Below, one piece after another: positions 43,021-58,330 of a DNA stretch of 64,000 nucleotides. This stretch comes from the human T2T-CHM13v2.0 reference genome, Homo sapiens, in the NCBI RefSeq assembly GCF_009914755.1, contig NC_060925.1. One strand, given 5' to 3'. Position numbers and translations under genes: made by a program. How positions within the stretch are numbered: position 1 is the first letter of the stretch; each line of letters begins with the position of its first letter. Below the pieces are notes generated by a model that was not told where the DNA came from, ran no database searches, and saw only the letters and a program-made list of their open reading frames with translations.

Positions 43021-43083
43021 GAATCTTTATCTAAACCTAGGTTTATCTCTACAGGTAGGTTTATCTCTGCAGGTAAGGCTTTC

Positions 43084-43589
43084 CTATTAGTCCTATTGCT
43101 GCATAACAACTTACCACAAACTCAGTGGCTTAAAACACCACAAATTTATTCTATCCCAGTTTCTTTAGGGTAGAACTCTGGGCTAGGTTCTCTGCTCAGG
43201 GTCTCACTGGACTGAAATCAAGATGGCAGCTGGTACTTCACTTCCCTTGTGGGCTTGGAGTCTTCTTCCAGGCTCACTGGTTGTAGATAAGATTCATGTC
43301 CTTGCTGTCGTAGGGCAGAGGTCTCAGTTTCCCTCCTAGCTGTCATCTGGGGGTTGCACTAAGCTCATGGAGGCTATTTTGTGTCTTGCCCTGTGGCTAC
43401 CATAGACGGCTCACAACATGTGTGGTGTTTGCTTGTGGGCCAGCTAGAGTATGTCTTTGATCCCCTCTGGCCCTGGCCAAAGAAAACTCTGCTTTTAAAA
43501 GGTTCATGTAATTAGTTTAGGCCCATTGGATAATCTCTGAATTATCTGAATTAACTTTCTGAAAGTTGCTGTGCCATGTAACATATATA

Positions 43590-43590
<1 letters not shown>
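43084..43590 (-). mobile_element. MLT1D/E/F-type MaLR LTR
   Basis: cctattgctgcataacaacttaccacaaactcagtggcttaaaac...ctctgctcagggtctcac...gtgccatgtaacat. Confidence 0.8.
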
Positions 43591-44724
<1,134 letters not shown>

Positions 44725-44734
44725 GGAGCAAGTT

Positions 44735-44860
44735 CCTAAAGTTCTGTTATGTAAGATGTTATCAATGGGGGAAGGTGGTTGAAGGATACAGGGAAACTCA
44801 CTTTATTATTTTTGCAACTTGTAAGTCTGAAATTTTTTCAAAAGAAACTTAAAAAAAAAG
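44735..44860 (+). mobile_element. Old L1MC/ME 3' end
   Basis: gtaagatgttatcaatgggggaagg...tttttgcaacttgtaagtctgaaatt plus A tail. Confidence 0.7.
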
Positions 44861-45224
44861 TCCTTGAGGCATAGGCAAAATTTAGTAGATTTGGATTCAT
44901 TTAATAGTTTCCTCCTAATCATGAATTTAGGAAAATCCTAATGATGAAAATCCCAGTGAGAAAAATGGCTTCCTGTATTTTATTCTGGTGTGGTATCCCT
45001 TCCAGGTGAAAGAACATTGCATCTTGGCTGCAAGAGAAAGAAAAGATCCTCAGTAATGTTTGGAATGATTTGAGTCCAGGGAAGTAGACCATACTGTGTC
45101 ATAAGTGCTGGCACAGTTTTAAAACAAAAGCATAAGTAGCCATGATGGCCTTCCCTTCTGTTTACTGCTGCCTCCATCTTCCCCAGTAGAGCAGAATTTG
45201 AACCTGACTGGGTATTTGGTGAAA

Positions 45225-45492
45225 TTCTGGAATTGCTATTAGTGTGACAATGGTATTGTTACTTTTATTTTACAAAGAGTCCTTATCTTTCAGAGTTTTA
45301 TGCAGACTAATTGTAGATGACACAATATGGTATCTTTCATTTTATTCAGAAATAATCTAGGTTGGGGAAAGTGAGCATATAGATGAACAAGATTGACTAT
45401 GAGTTGGAAATTACTGAAACTAGGTAATGGGTATGTGGGGGTTTATTATACTGTTTTGTCTTCTTTTATAGGTTTTCCATAGTTAAAAAATA
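45225..45492 (+). mobile_element. Old L1MC/ME 3' end
   Basis: gtgtgacaatggtattg, gatgaacaagattg, ggtaatgggtatgtgggggtttattatact. Confidence 0.7.
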
Positions 45493-46929
45493 AGTTTTCT
45501 AGGGGGTTGTTTTTAATATAGCATTGAGGCATTTGAGTGGCATCTCCATTTGGAGCTGGCTTTGCTTTACATAAAAGTGAGTCTTTCTGAGTTTGGATGC
45601 TTGTGCTATCTAGGTCTGGAGGAGCATTTTGACAGACCTGTGAACAAACAGTTCCTGGAACAAACACTTTTAGGAGGCTGGATCCATCTGAGGCTTGCTA
45701 GAGCCCTGACAGAATAAACCTGTGGCTCACAGTGCCGTTTTTCCTTCATGTGTTATTGATGTTAATCAGCCATGCCCTTGGTTGCAGGGTTATGTGAGTC
45801 TTTTTCTGAAGCTTTTTAAGCCTGTGATTCTGTAAATCTTTGTACTTTTTAAAATGTAAGTTGACATATAAAATGTATAAAGCTGATAACTAGAAAAAGT
45901 CAGAAATAGTCTGTGGAGAATCTGCTCACTTGGGGTCGAACGATATTCTTTTCCAATGATTGATTGTGCTGTTTGTAGAAGAGACTTTCACATGCTTTAT
46001 TCTTTCTTGCTTCCTTTTTCTAATGGCTATGGACCTCAGTAAATGGAGTAGATGAGTCTTTATCCAAGAACAAGATTCTTGCATAGAATTGTTATAGCTC
46101 TGTATTCAGGTGACTAAAGCTTTCAGAACAATGTTAAATTGAAAAATCTGTACAAAAAAAAAAGAGACACCATCTGGAAATTATTCTATGCTTTATTCTT
46201 GGTTCTACTAGTAATGAAACGTGAGCATTCCAACTTCCCGTAATGGTTAAACTTTGTGATGTAAATGGTGCCAGGCTCTGAATAGGCTTGTAAAGGTTTT
46301 GCTGACTCTTTTGTTTTTGTTTTTATGTGCTTTCAATGAAACTATTTGTGCTGCTTTAGATAAAAGGAGGAGCAGCTTTGAGTACCTCTGGATTATTTTA
46401 ATATTTTAAATAATGACAAGCAAGTATGTGAATGAATATTGATTACTGTATGAATAATTTGTATATAGGACAATTTTTCATCTTTTTCCAGAAGTGAGCC
46501 CATTGTAGTGTGTTGGCTCCATGTCTGCTTTTGTGAAACACAGTTCAGGATCAAATAGCACCACTTACTGGGTTTTTAACTCTTGACTGTGTGACATTAC
46601 CCACATTAGTGGCCTGTTCTGTGCCTCAGTTTTCCTAACCAGGGATATAGGAATAATGTAATATGTAGCACTTAACTGTATAAAAATACTTTCAGGTACA
46701 CTATATTTGCCTATCTACCTCACTGAATTTGCGAGGGTAATGACAAAAGTATTTCATTACCAAAATCCAAAGAGAAGTTCTAGAAAAGGATGGTTCCAGA
46801 GATGACTTTTTGATTGCAAGAATAATTGAGTGGCAGAATTAGAAAAAGCAAATGTATCCTTGAAATGTTTTTAAGTTACAAAAATAACTCTGGAAGCAAA
46901 GACACATGATGATGATGATGAAGATGATG

Positions 46930-47150
46930 ATAGCTTTAGTGTGCTCACTATATTTCTGGCCCTTTCCTTACTGCTTTCCGAATATTGCTTTTTTTCCTCC
47001 CTTAATATAGCACTCCCAGGTATGAGAGACTCATTTCCATTTTCAGATGAGGAAACTGAGTAAGAGTGGCCAAGTCACTAGCCCAAGGTTGCATTGCTAG
47101 TGAGTAGAGAGCCGAGCTTTGAACTTGGTGTGTTTGAAGAGCCTTAACTA
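46930..47150 (-). mobile_element. MIR
   Basis: ccattttcagatgaggaaactgag...gcccaaggttgcattgctagtgagtagagagccgagctttgaac. Confidence 0.85.
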
Positions 47151-50100
47151 TTTCTTTGTACCTCCATATCCAGTACTTCCATAATACCACCAGTGGACCA
47201 TCTCTGTGAATATTTTCCCACTCATTTCTCTTTGCTTCTAATATTTATTAGCATATTAAAATATTATAATATTGTTTGTATTCTGCTTTATATTATAATT
47301 CTTCTGAAGCTCCTAGAAATCTGGACAAGAAAAGTTTGGTATTAGGTATCTTGCCAAGAATGACATTGAGAAATTAGTACTCAAGATCAGAGACAGGAAA
47401 TAAAAATGTGATCCTCCAAGGGTTTAAAATGACAGAAGTTGCAAAAGAATTTCTCAATGATTAATACATACTCAAAAAATGTCAACTTGATATTTACCCG
47501 ATTTGAAAAATAACCTATCAGACATTCTTTTCCTCCCCGGTAAGATGAGCAGTTCATATTAGATGCTCTGAAAAATCTTATCCAGTTTTGACATGCTGGT
47601 TCTCAAGGCAGCCCACTTCTTATCCTGGCTTCTTTCCTCCCACACTGTATTACTGATGATCAAATACAGTAACCTGCAGTACTTACATCTTTAGAATTAT
47701 TTCTCATGTTCAGTTTTAGATGTAGGTCAGACATTAAGGGGACTGGGTGGCATTTCAGTATTTTCGTAAATATAAAGGTCATCTCCACCTAATTGATTCC
47801 ACAGGTGCAATGGCCTTAACTGGTTAGATTTCTCTATAGACACTTCAGGTAAGGGCAACATTTTCTTTAGGTAATGGCAACATTGCATTCTTCAGCCTGC
47901 CTATGAAGGATTGCTAACTTTATTGCTCTCCCAGAAAACTGTAGGTGAGGAAGAACACACTGCCTACACAATTTTCATGTGGTTATGAAATTCTTAGGAA
48001 TGTAAGCAACAATTTTTCTGTTTTTGTTCTGGGTGTGTGCTTACTTTAAAAATTATTATTGCTTTTAAATGGACAGATGATCCAGGACCTGGAAAGAATT
48101 GAATCCATATTAAGTGCTACTATTAGGGCCAAATAAAAATCTATGCCAGCATTGCTTTATTTGATTTGTGAACCGTGTCAGCTTCCTGGGATTTAGGGTC
48201 AGATGATGGTGAGTTTGAGCTCAACCCCTTTTGGACAAGCCACAGCCCCTCAGAGCCCGTGTGTTGGTTGGTAAAGTAGGTGTAATTGCAATGGTGTCCA
48301 CCTATCAAATATGACTGTGTAAGCTGTCTTTTTTAAAGGTTTTCTATGAGATATGGATTCCTGAGCCACAGTTAAGGTGCAAGCAAGATTCTAAGTTATG
48401 GATGGTTTCTCTTCTCTGTGGCCCTTTCTTTTTCATTCATCTTTTAACAGTGAAAACTGTCTAAAAAATGATTCATGTCTACCCAAATCTGTGGGGCCAT
48501 TAGGACTGCAAGTGCCTTTTTTTTTAAAGCCATTTGAGAAAGAGACAAACAAAAATGGGTAATAAGAATAACAACGTTATTCCCGGAAGAAAAGGTTCCA
48601 GCCTGCTATGACTTGTTTTGGAATCTGTGAAAAGTCCTGAGAGGGCTGATTGCTCCATAACAGGGTTTCTTTTAGACTCTCAGGTTTAAAAAGACTTGAG
48701 GAGGGGGGTGAGGAGAGCATGTCAGGGAAAGAAGCAATTAAGTTAAAATTTCAAAATTGATGAAATGAAGCAATTTCCCATTCCTGCTAACGCAGAAAAC
48801 TCTGCAGATTTATTTATTTTTTTCCCTGTAAGTCAGAAACCTGTACTTTTCCTTCTAGGCGTCTGGCGCCCTGCCGTATGAGAGTCTCAGCTCTTGCTGG
48901 GGTCATTTCTTCCATCTTCCTTTCCTTCTTTCCTCTTCTCCACCCACCTCTGGTTTGGTTTTTGTCACTGAGTGGTAGAGTATAGGCCTCAATTTATTAC
49001 TGTGATTCTTTCGCAAAACCATTTATTCCTCTAGGGAAAGGAAAACCATGTGAGCCATCTAGCCAGAGGGTCATGAAAGATTTCCTTGGTGTAATGGTTC
49101 CAGACGCTTAGTATACGTTTGATCTGTAGCGAGCAGTTCGGAGTCAGTAGATCCTACCTGATTTCTTCTCTTGAGTAGAGAGAGAATATAGGGAGTTAAA
49201 GACAGCATTGCTTTTTAAGGGCATCTGGTAAAATTGTCCAGAAAAATAACTTGATTCTTACTATGGCGTAAAATGGATGAGTGCAAGTGCAGGACCACGG
49301 AGCGGCACAGGGACAGTTGCAGATCCCCTTGCTTTCAAGAAATGGGGTGCTGATTGCCTTGAAGCTGGGATCCATCAAGGACACCCCAGATCATTCAGTG
49401 CGGCCCATGTGACTTCTTGCTGGCATTTCTAAAGAGTGCTGTTTACATTTCAGTCCTGAAACATTGTGAAGCCACCACATTCTCTTTGATGTGAGCTCTC
49501 ACAGCACATCTGTATTTCATCCTCCCAACCTTAGGTGAGACAGTAGGCGTTTCTTCGGGGAGTCTTGTGATATGTATTTTGTGCGGTAACAGTGTGGACA
49601 CGCTCTCACGCGGTCCTGTTGTGAAATCATTTTGTGTGATGGCATTTGCTGCGTTTTTAGGGTCTGGAGGAAGTGAATTTTGACCTGAGGCAGGCTGGTG
49701 TCTCACAAATTCCTGAAAATTTTATATTCTTCCTTTTGTTTATAACTTCATCTGTTTTCCTAACGATTATAGTTTAAAACCAATTTCCTTTCTCTCTGTT
49801 TAAAAGTAAAGCAGATATTACTAACATGGATAATATTGCACTTAATATACAAATCTATAAAAAGATTATATTTTATTTTTTGTAGTAGGGGTCAGCAAGT
49901 ACTGATGTTGATCTGATTGCCAGTACTGTGATCTTAGAGTACTTGCTTTGTACAAAAATCAAAATGTGTTTTCTAAGGCCTCTTGTAAATTAGGGTCCAA
50001 CAGTGAGTATGTTTCTCAGTTGTCATTTTGTGTTGCTAACTGGCCCAGTGCTTGTGGAATCTCACTGTTTCTGCTGCTGCTAATGTTGACTTCTCACATC

Positions 50101-51674
50101 CATTCTTCATGTTAATGTATGTTGCACAATGCAGAATAAATTCTGGAAAGGAGTGGGGGGATGAGTTTCTGAAAGATTATCTCCATTTATAATGTGAGCA
50201 GCACTACTTGAGAATTTTACCATTCTTAATAAGCCTGGTATTTAGAATCAAATCTCTTGCATGGTCTAATTATGGAGATGGATATTATTATCTCAACATC
50301 CTCATATGAGTTAAGTTTGAAGACCTTTTTCTTTACTGTTTCTGAAAGGAGGTCCAGCTAATTTACTGCAAATGAAATAAGAAGTATTTTGGAGGAATAG
50401 GTTGACATTTAGCATTCTGGTTTGAAAACCCTCTGACTGTTAAATATTTAATGTGCTGCAAAGCATCCTTAAAAATTAAATATGAATGAGTTTTAGAAAA
50501 CCTTGCAGTGGCATAAAAAATTGAGATCCCCACAACCCCATTTCAAGTGTGAGTGTCTGCCTAGGGAATCTTAATTATTTTTAATGAAGATGACATTATA
50601 TATTTGATCAGCATGGGCCATCCTAAATAACAAAATTAATATAAATAAAATCCTTCTGAATAATATCACAGCAGAGATTTACTTTGAATAAATTATTAGT
50701 TTTGTCTTTGGAGGTTAATCACTCTACCCTCTTTATTTTTTATTTAATGTTAAGAGTAAAATCAAATGACCAGATAAAGTGCTTTTGTTTGAAAGAAATT
50801 TTCCTAGGTTTGTTGCTTTGCTAAAAGTAGTGGGTTACTTTTATATACTCATGAGATTTAGAGTATTATAAACATTTTTTTTTGTGGGATCTCTGAAAAG
50901 AAGAATTAGTGTATTATTATTTAAGAATAACCTGGTTGATGTTGATATTTGTAATCACATTTTTTTTTCCATTTAAAAAATATCCTAATACCTGATGGTA
51001 GTCCCCCAATTTAATGGCATTGGAATTAAATGCAAGACTCTTGAATTTGTTTTACAGTGCTGACATCTGACATTTTAAAAATTTATACCTATATTATTAT
51101 ACTTCCTACCTTTCATTGGGTTATATTCTGTTCTAGTTGCAAACTGTTTTAAGTATCTGTTATAATTTGGAGAAATGGGATTTGAATTCATGAATCTATA
51201 GTCTGGTGTTTGTTTTTATGAAAGAGTGTAAATTACATGTTTCAAAAAATGTTTTTAATTAAATTCCATGAGTTTTTCTTGAAACTCCTTTTCTAAGAGA
51301 AGTGGCTTGATGTCTGTACCCTGTTTGAAAAAAGATGGGATAACTTTCAGTAACTATGCTTTTAATTTTTTCTACCTTTGCAGTAACCATAGAAAAATAT
51401 TGCTTATTTCTCTTTCTTGCGTCTTTCATTTTGACTAGGTAAAAACTAACACACTCAAAATGGAACCTATCATTGCTGGTCCTGTAATTAACCAGCTTTC
51501 AAACCTCTTTGGCATGTTTATTCTCAATACTCCATTTATTCTCAATACTTCGCAACCAATCTACAACGGAGAGCTCAAAAATGCCCCTTGTATCCATTTT
51601 CCTTCTTTTGCTACTAGAATCATCATCTTCTTCTAGTCTTCCAGTTCTCTTTTTTGGTTTATTACATTAGCAAC

Positions 51675-51860
51675 AATAAAAGTTATTACTTATTGAACAC
51701 TTACCATATGCTGGCTACTGTGTTACAGTGATAAATGAATTATCTTATTAACACAACAGTCCTATGAAGTGGAAGGGAAGGAACTTAGGGCTTAGGTAAT
51801 GTGCCCTTGGCCACTCAGCTAGTATTCAGCAGAGCTGGGATTTGAATCCACAACTGCCTT
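51675..51860 (-). mobile_element. MIR
   Basis: acttattgaacacttaccatatgc...gcagagctgggatttgaatcc. Confidence 0.75.
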
Positions 51861-52670
51861 TGGTCCTTGTATCCATATTTGACCCTATGTTATGTTTTCA
51901 TTTTTGCATAGGTCTTGCTGCCAAGAACTATTCTACAGGCCCAGATCAGATCAATTCATTCCCCTGCTCTATAATGTTACTTTAGAGGGTTTTTATAATT
52001 TCCAAATCTTAAGTCTTGCCTCTAGGTCTTCTATGATTTTGGCCAAATCTACTTTTTCGTCCTTCTAGTTGTTTACGATTGGTAAAGATTTACTGGCTAG
52101 AACAAAACAAAAGATGCCTTCATAGCTAACACTGATGATTCTATAGTGAAGATCATTTAGTGTTTACTGAAGTAGCACAGTGCCTGGCAATAAAAGAGGA
52201 AGGCATCCTTCATGGTCAGGATTTAATAACACAGAACCCTTCCTTTGAAACTGAAAATTATGTTTAGCGTTTTGCCCTATAGTTTAATTGGAAGAACACT
52301 GGGCACCTGCTTCAGTGCTGATTCCTGATGCTTGAACAGTTTAGCATTACCCGGGGCCATTTAACTTTTGCAAATCCCAACCTCAACAATAGAGGTTGGT
52401 TCTATCGCCTTATTCCCATCTTCTCCCTAGAGACTTAAGAATAGCAACTTCTTAAATAGTCAGTGAAAACATAGCTTTAAGAAATAATAGTTGAGATGGA
52501 AACTAAGGTCGTTGACAAGATCTTAGAAATCTTTGTGTACACATCTGGAAAAAAAAGTTGGAGGATCAAGTTCAAAAGCAGTACAGATATAAAGGGAAAC
52601 ATACCTTTAGCCTTATTTACCTGGTCATGGTGAAGAGTTTTTTTTTTCTTTTGTTTTTTGGCCATTATTA

Positions 52671-53021
<351 letters not shown>

Positions 53022-53620
53022 TCAGATGTGTATCAACATTCCATCGTTTTTTTTTTTGTTTTTTTTTTTTTTTAGAAGGAAGAATGAATTCTCACAAGTA
53101 CTTATTTCCTAAGCCTCAATCTCTCTAGGAATTTGTTTTTAAAAATCCAAGGAAAACCTTATTGGCAATGAACTGTATATCAGATTCAGCCAGTTCTATA
53201 ATACAGCACAAGTCTGTTCATTACATGGAATGCTTCTCTGCTGGCTTCATTCCTTAAACTTGAAATTAATGTATTGTGGATAGAATGAAAAGCATTCTTA
53301 TTTCCTGCCTGCCCAAAACCCTTTAAAGGAAACACTCTAGAGTCTGTAAGTTGGACAGTTTCAGGGAGTCCAATTCATTGTGTTTGGATGCAGTCCTCCT
53401 CTCCAGTGCTGACAATGAGCAAACTGATTTCACCTGCCTGTATTTGCATAGTGTTTGTGGATTCTTCCAGGTTTCTTGATTATTAATTAGGCTTGAAGAG
53501 ATTGAGAAGGGAGAAATCCCAGCAAACATCTAATTTAAGTCAAGAGTTTAATCTGAGGATGAATAACTCTGCTTTCTGTACCTTTGCTTTTCATTAGTTA
53601 ATGATTTAGAATGAATGTGG

Positions 53621-53621
<1 letters not shown>

Positions 53622-53653
<32 letters not shown>

Positions 53654-53658
53654 TGTGT
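53622..53658. repeat. (TG)n microsatellite
   Basis: Directly visible. Confidence 0.95.
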
Positions 53659-54397
53659 AGGGGTGGGAGGAGAAGGAGAACCAGAACAATGACAAAAAAG
53701 ACTGTCTTGAAGAACTTATTCTGGGAAAGTAAACAAGGTCAACAAGACCATAAACTCTGAAAGAACCAATATCTACCTACAGATGTGTTTAGACTGATTC
53801 TCAGCTTATTAACTTGCACATTACCCCCTGGTGTCTCTTTGTTGCTCAAACATGGAGAAGCGTTTGCTATACCAGCACAGGCTGTGTGTGTTTATACACT
53901 GACGGGTTTGGTTGGTGATACTGCTCTTTGTGGTGGGAAAATCTTCCATGTTACAGTTTAATGCCAGACTCATTCCGTTACCTGAATACTGGAAGCTTCT
54001 GTAGGACGTATTAGAAGGTATCACTACACCGTATATTAAAATATGGCAAGCCACTATATACTGTGAATTGAAAGATGAGAAAGAATGAGTCCCTGTGTTC
54101 TAGAAACTCACAGGATAGGGATAAGGGTGGGGAGGACTAGATATGTAAACAAATGATTGCAATGCCTTTTGTAAAGTGTTAGAATAGCGTGAGGCCCCCA
54201 ATGCATAAAGATCAGAATACTTTCCAAGGAGGTGAAAATTAAGGGAGTCTTAATGATAAAACTTATCAGGGAAATTAGAGGCAAATTACATTCTAAGTAG
54301 CAGAGAGAGACTCTTCGAGTGGTTCTCTGTGTTTTGAATTTCCAGTGGGGTATGGCTGACTCATAGCAGATGTACAACTTGGGCCCTTCTTGTGAAT

Positions 54398-54870
54398 TAA
54401 TTAATTGAATGCCTACTATAGGCTGGTTCTAGGCACTGAGGACACTGGGAACAACAACAACAACAAAAAGCCCTCGTGCTCATGCAGCATACGTATTGTG
54501 GAGACTGCAGACACGAGTAGAGCATCAGGTGTGATGGATGTGATGAGCTACTGGAGTTGCTATTTTGCATAAAATGGCATTTGAGCAGAGGCCTGGAGGT
54601 AGGCTGGGAGCAAGCCCATCCCAAGGAGATGTGTTTCAGAAAGTGGAATGGGGAGTACCAAGGCCCTGCAGCTGGAGAACACTCATCAAGTTTGAGTGGC
54701 AAACTGGAGGCCGGTATGTTGAGGGGTGGGGAAAGAAAAGAAGGGCCAAGGACTGGGGAGAAGCTCAAAGGGTGTGCATGATAGGTAAAGACTTTGGAAC
54801 CAAGATAGGACTTGGGGTTTTACTGTGAATTCATTGGTAAGCCATTGGAGAGTTTTGGGCCTGGAAGTGG
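54398..54870 (-). mobile_element. L2 fragment
   Basis: attgaatgcctactataggctggttctaggcactgaggacac, ggcatttgagcagaggcctgga, aagccattggagagttttg. Confidence 0.8.
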
Positions 54871-54982
54871 CAAGAGACTTAGAGTCTTGGAGTCAGACAT
54901 ATCTGAGTTCAAATCTACTGTCTATGTCTGACTCATCATCTATAAAATAGGGCTTGTTGTTCTTACTTGAAAGCTTGTAACG

Positions 54983-55043
54983 AGGAGGAGGAGGAGTAAA
55001 GTAGTGGTACTAGTAGTAGTAGCAGCAGCAGCAGTAGTGGTAG
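54983..55043. repeat. Compound trinucleotide tract (GAG/AGT/AGC)
   Basis: gaggaggaggaggag...agtagtagtagcagcagcagcagtagt. Confidence 0.8.
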
Positions 55044-55195
55044 AAGGTAACAGCTCAGGAGGATTTGTTACTGTTTATTGGTATTTTTTATAACGAGAGG
55101 CAGGACATGAATGAGTGAATTCTGTAGGATTAGGACAATTACTTGAATATGTGAGGCTGGAGTTCCCAACAGAGCCCCAAAGAGGGGCCTTGCAG

Positions 55196-55482
55196 GGCCA
55201 GGCATGGTGGCTCATACCTGTAATCCCAGCATTTTGGGAGTCCGAGGCGGGTGAATTGCTTGAGGCCAAGGGTTTGAGACCAACCTGGTCAACATGGTGA
55301 AACCCCGTCTCTACTAAAAATACAGAAATTAGCCGGGCGTGGTGGTGCAGGCCTATAGCCCCAGCTACATGGGAGGCTGAGATACAAGAATCACTTGAAC
55401 CCAGGCAGCAGAGTTTGCAGTGAGATGAGATTGTGCCATCACACTCCAGCCTGGGTGACAGAGTGAGACCCTGTCTCAAAAA
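55196..55482 (+). mobile_element. Alu (older S/J)
   Basis: Full dimer; degenerate TSD agaggggccttgcag / agagaggcccttcag. Confidence 0.93.
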
Positions 55483-55821
55483 CAAGAGAGAGAGGCCCTT
55501 CAGACACCGAGCTGTTGTGGCTATAGATGGGGAATATTGCAAATACTTGGGTAACTAGGATTCATCCATATGTATTTATAGCAGCTGGGCTTTTCAGAGG
55601 CTGAGAGTGGCCCAGCCCACCTCTAGTTTTTGAACCTGTTGGTATATTAATAAGTGAAGAAATGCCAAACAGAGTTACCAACACTAATGTTTTAAACGTA
55701 TCTGTTTACCAAATTAACTCAATGTAAACATGCAGTACAATTGTGCCATTTATGAACTAATTTCAGCATTTGTTTTTAAAGCATTAATTCAGAGAATACT
55801 ATACATGATGTGTTCTATTAG

Positions 55822-56578
<757 letters not shown>

Positions 56579-57453
56579 TAAACAAACAAAAAGCCTTCCT
56601 GTTATATCCCCAACTCTGCACATCAGGCCTTAATAATATTCCCTGTTGAATGCTGAGCCTGAGGCTCTTGATGACTTTGCATAATATTTGGATGGAATGT
56701 CCCTTCCTCACACTTGCCACTACGTATCCTGCAGTATCTGCTTGCACTTGCCTCTTCTCCCTTGCACTCTGAGCAATTCAAGGGCAGGACTGTCTTAGTG
56801 CTGCATCTTCCAGAGCCTAGCTTGGGGCTGGCCCATAGCCTGTGCTCAGTAACAGGAAACAGAGTTGGGCCATGACTGGCAAGTGAGCATTTCTAGGACA
56901 TTCACCTAAGGAAGGCTGAAGCTAGGACAATGGAAGCTGATCACCTTCTTCAGCTCCTGGAAGGACCAAGAGATCTAGATCCCAGATTCCAGCCCCCTGG
57001 CCTTGCCCTTGGGAAGCCTAGAGTTGTGGGATTGCAGTTTCACTCTGCTGCATATTGGATGTGAGACTTTGGTGGAAGTTGCTTTGTCATGCATTCTGCC
57101 AAGCCTTAGTTTCCTCATTTGTAGAACAGGGATACCAGTAGATACTTTTCAGGTTGGTTAAGGCAGAGACATTACAAATCAAAGTGCCCGTTCCTTCTTC
57201 TCTTTCTCCCGTCCTCTCAGGAAGCCCACTAAAGCTTATTTCATCTCTAATTCTGAACTTGGTGGACACAAGTAGAAAGTGGTTAATATCTAAAGATTGG
57301 GAATATGTCCCTTTTGCCCCCTCTAAGTGGTTTAGCAGTAGTAGATATTGCTTTTCTTTCTTCCCTCTCCCTCCGTCTTTCTCCACCTCTTTGTTAAGAA
57401 ATTTCTTTTAGCCAGAGCTTACTTTTAAGTATACTTGATGGGAATTTGGAGGG

Positions 57454-57835
<382 letters not shown>

Positions 57836-57964
57836 TGAAACGTCCCCTAGTAAAGGACTTTTAAAGCAATGTTTAGTAGGCCACCTCCCTCAGGGCCACC
57901 TCCATGAGTCTTACACATGCTGACCTCCCCTGGCTTCCTCTGGGCCTCTGGACTCATCTGTGGT

Positions 57965-58040
57965 GGTGGGGGGCCTAGGAATCTGCCTTTTATAACAAGC
58001 AATCCAAGATGTGTTTTGTACCCTTAAGTTTGATAACCAC
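57965..58040. mobile_element. MER5-like fragment
   Basis: ggggcctaggaatctgccttttataacaagc...aagtttgataaccac. Confidence 0.55.
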
Positions 58041-58159
58041 CACCTTTGCGTCAGAAATCCAATTTATGCAACTGTTATTGAGCCCCTACATTGTGCTCCC
58101 CATCGTATTCCTCACGTAGGTAATAACTAATTAAGTCCTCAAAGCTGTGACCATAAGGT

Positions 58160-58330
58160 TGATGTTATTGAGATGGTTTACATTCCATAAAGTCTCCTAT
58201 ATAAAGTGTACAATTCAGTGGTTTTTAGTAAGTTTCTAGTTATGCAATGATCACATGATCTAATTTTAGAACATTTTTCATCATTCCATAAAGAAATGTT
58301 GTATTCCTCCCTTAGTAGTCCCTCCCCAAA
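58160..58330 (-). mobile_element. L1MB 3' tip
   Basis: taaagtgtacaattcagtggtttttagta...taattttagaacatttttcatca. Confidence 0.75.
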
